39,046 bases of DNA, from assembly GCA_002085085.1 (NCBI GenBank), contig MZGN01000014.1, positions 1 through 39,046 of the forward strand, given 5' to 3'. The notes under the pieces were generated by a model. That model did not search any database. It was not told the DNA's origin and saw only the letters and a list, made by a program, of their open reading frames with translations. Position 1 is the stretch's first letter, and the number at the start of each line of letters is the position of its first letter. This document shows, piece by piece, positions 38,086 through 39,046 of the stretch. Made by a program: the position numbers and the translations under genes. This DNA comes from Helicobacteraceae bacterium 4484_230. GTDB lineage: Bacteria > Campylobacterota > Campylobacteria > Campylobacterales > Sulfurimonadaceae.

Positions 38086-39046
38086 AGATCCATTTTATCG
38101 GAATAGGCGGTATAGGTATCTCCGGGCTTGCCCAGTATATGCACTTCAGGGGTCATGAGGTAAGCGGTTCGGATATTTCAGAATCGCGTATTGTCCATAA
38201 TTTGCGCGATAGAGGCATAGAAGTTACCATACCCCATAATAAAAAGGCCATATCCGACCAGGACCTCGTGATCCACTCAGCAATCATACGCGCGAACAAT
38301 CCGGAAGTGGAGGAGGCGAATGCGAAGGGCATAAGGGTACTTGCCCGCCGTGAAGCCCTTTTGGAGCTGCTGCACGAGCAGAAGGTCTATGCCGTTGCCG
38401 GAGCCCACGGCAAGAGTACGACAAGCGCGATTCTGGCTGCGATAATGGACGGTTCGGCAATTATCGGTGCGGAGTCAAAAGATTTTGGTTCAAATGTACG
38501 ATACGATGCGAACAGCGACCAGTTGATCTTTGAAGCTGATGAGAGCGACGGCAGTTTTCTCAATTCAAATCCGTACTGTGCCATTGTCATCAATGCAGAG
38601 CCGGAGCATATGGAGTATTATAAATATGATCTGGATCTCTTTCACGACTCTTATCGCAAATTTATAGATTCCGCAAAGCTCAGGGTGCTTAATGCGGAGG
38701 ACGAGTTTTTAAGCACCGTAGAGAGTGATGCCATCCGGAGTTTTTAAGCACCGTAGAGAGTGATGCCATCCGTCTCTATCCAAGCACGGATATTTCCAAC
38801 ATAGAGTATGTTCTGATTGATGACGAGCCGTATACCAGATTTGCTTTGAAAGATTTGGGTGTTTTTGACGTCTGGGGTATAGGCAGGCATATCGCCGTCG
38901 ATGCATCCCTTGCTATCCTTGCGGCCGTTGAGAGTATGGATATCGAGACTATCCGTATCAGGCTGCTTCACTTCAAAGGTATAAAAAAGCGGTTCGACAT
39001 CATCTATAAAGGTGAAAAAGAGATCATAATCGACGATTACGGCCAT
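38082..39046 (+). pseudogene. murC: UDP-N-acetylmuramate--L-alanine ligase, frame broken by a 35-bp tandem duplication as assembled; 3' end runs off the right edge
   Basis: MKIHFIGIGGIGISGLAQYM... and AVAGAHGKSTTSAILA (P-loop). The ORF stops at 38747 (...DAIRSF*). With one copy removed it reads on as ...STVESDAIRLYPSTDISNIEYVL...FKGIKKRFDII...IIDDYGH to the window end. Confidence 0.9.
38703..38772. repeat. perfect 2 x 35-bp tandem direct duplication inside murC
   Basis: gagtttttaagcaccgtagagagtgatgccatccg occurs at 38703-38737 and again at 38738-38772 with no mismatch and no spacer. Confidence 0.97.

Overview
This 39-kb window looks like core chromosome of a Campylobacterota (epsilonproteobacterium-like) organism. 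That placement is inferred from gene content and order, such as rpsF-ssb-rpsR and a long ileS-gatA-guaB-metY-metX-xseB co-directional array, and I could not confirm it. I call about 45 protein genes, mostly housekeeping: metF, serB, rpsF/ssb/rpsR, holA, rnr, greA, ileS, gatA, guaB, metY, metX, xseB, recQ, a dapC-like aminotransferase and murC. There is also a six-gene tRNA cluster (Lys-Asp-Val-Glu-Val-Asp) behind a consensus sigma-70 promoter, two c-di-GMP enzymes, several lipoproteins and an ankyrin-repeat protein. I found no CRISPR array, IS element, integrase, prophage or recognisable defence genes, and no convincing novel multi-gene system. The main oddities are: (1) two perfect tandem duplications, 40 bp in rnr and 35 bp in murC, each shifting the frame of a conserved gene; (2) a GGDEF-EAL gene whose inter-domain segment appears deleted and frameshifted; (3) a Nudix protein that closely resembles eukaryotic NUDT16 and overlaps the stop of an MscS channel gene; (4) an AT-rich rhodanese plus c-di-GMP sensor islet next to the tRNA cluster; (5) a protein of roughly a dozen ankyrin repeats; (6) a short carbon-nitrogen hydrolase homologue that may be catalytically dead. 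The duplications and the deletion may be assembly artefacts rather than biology.
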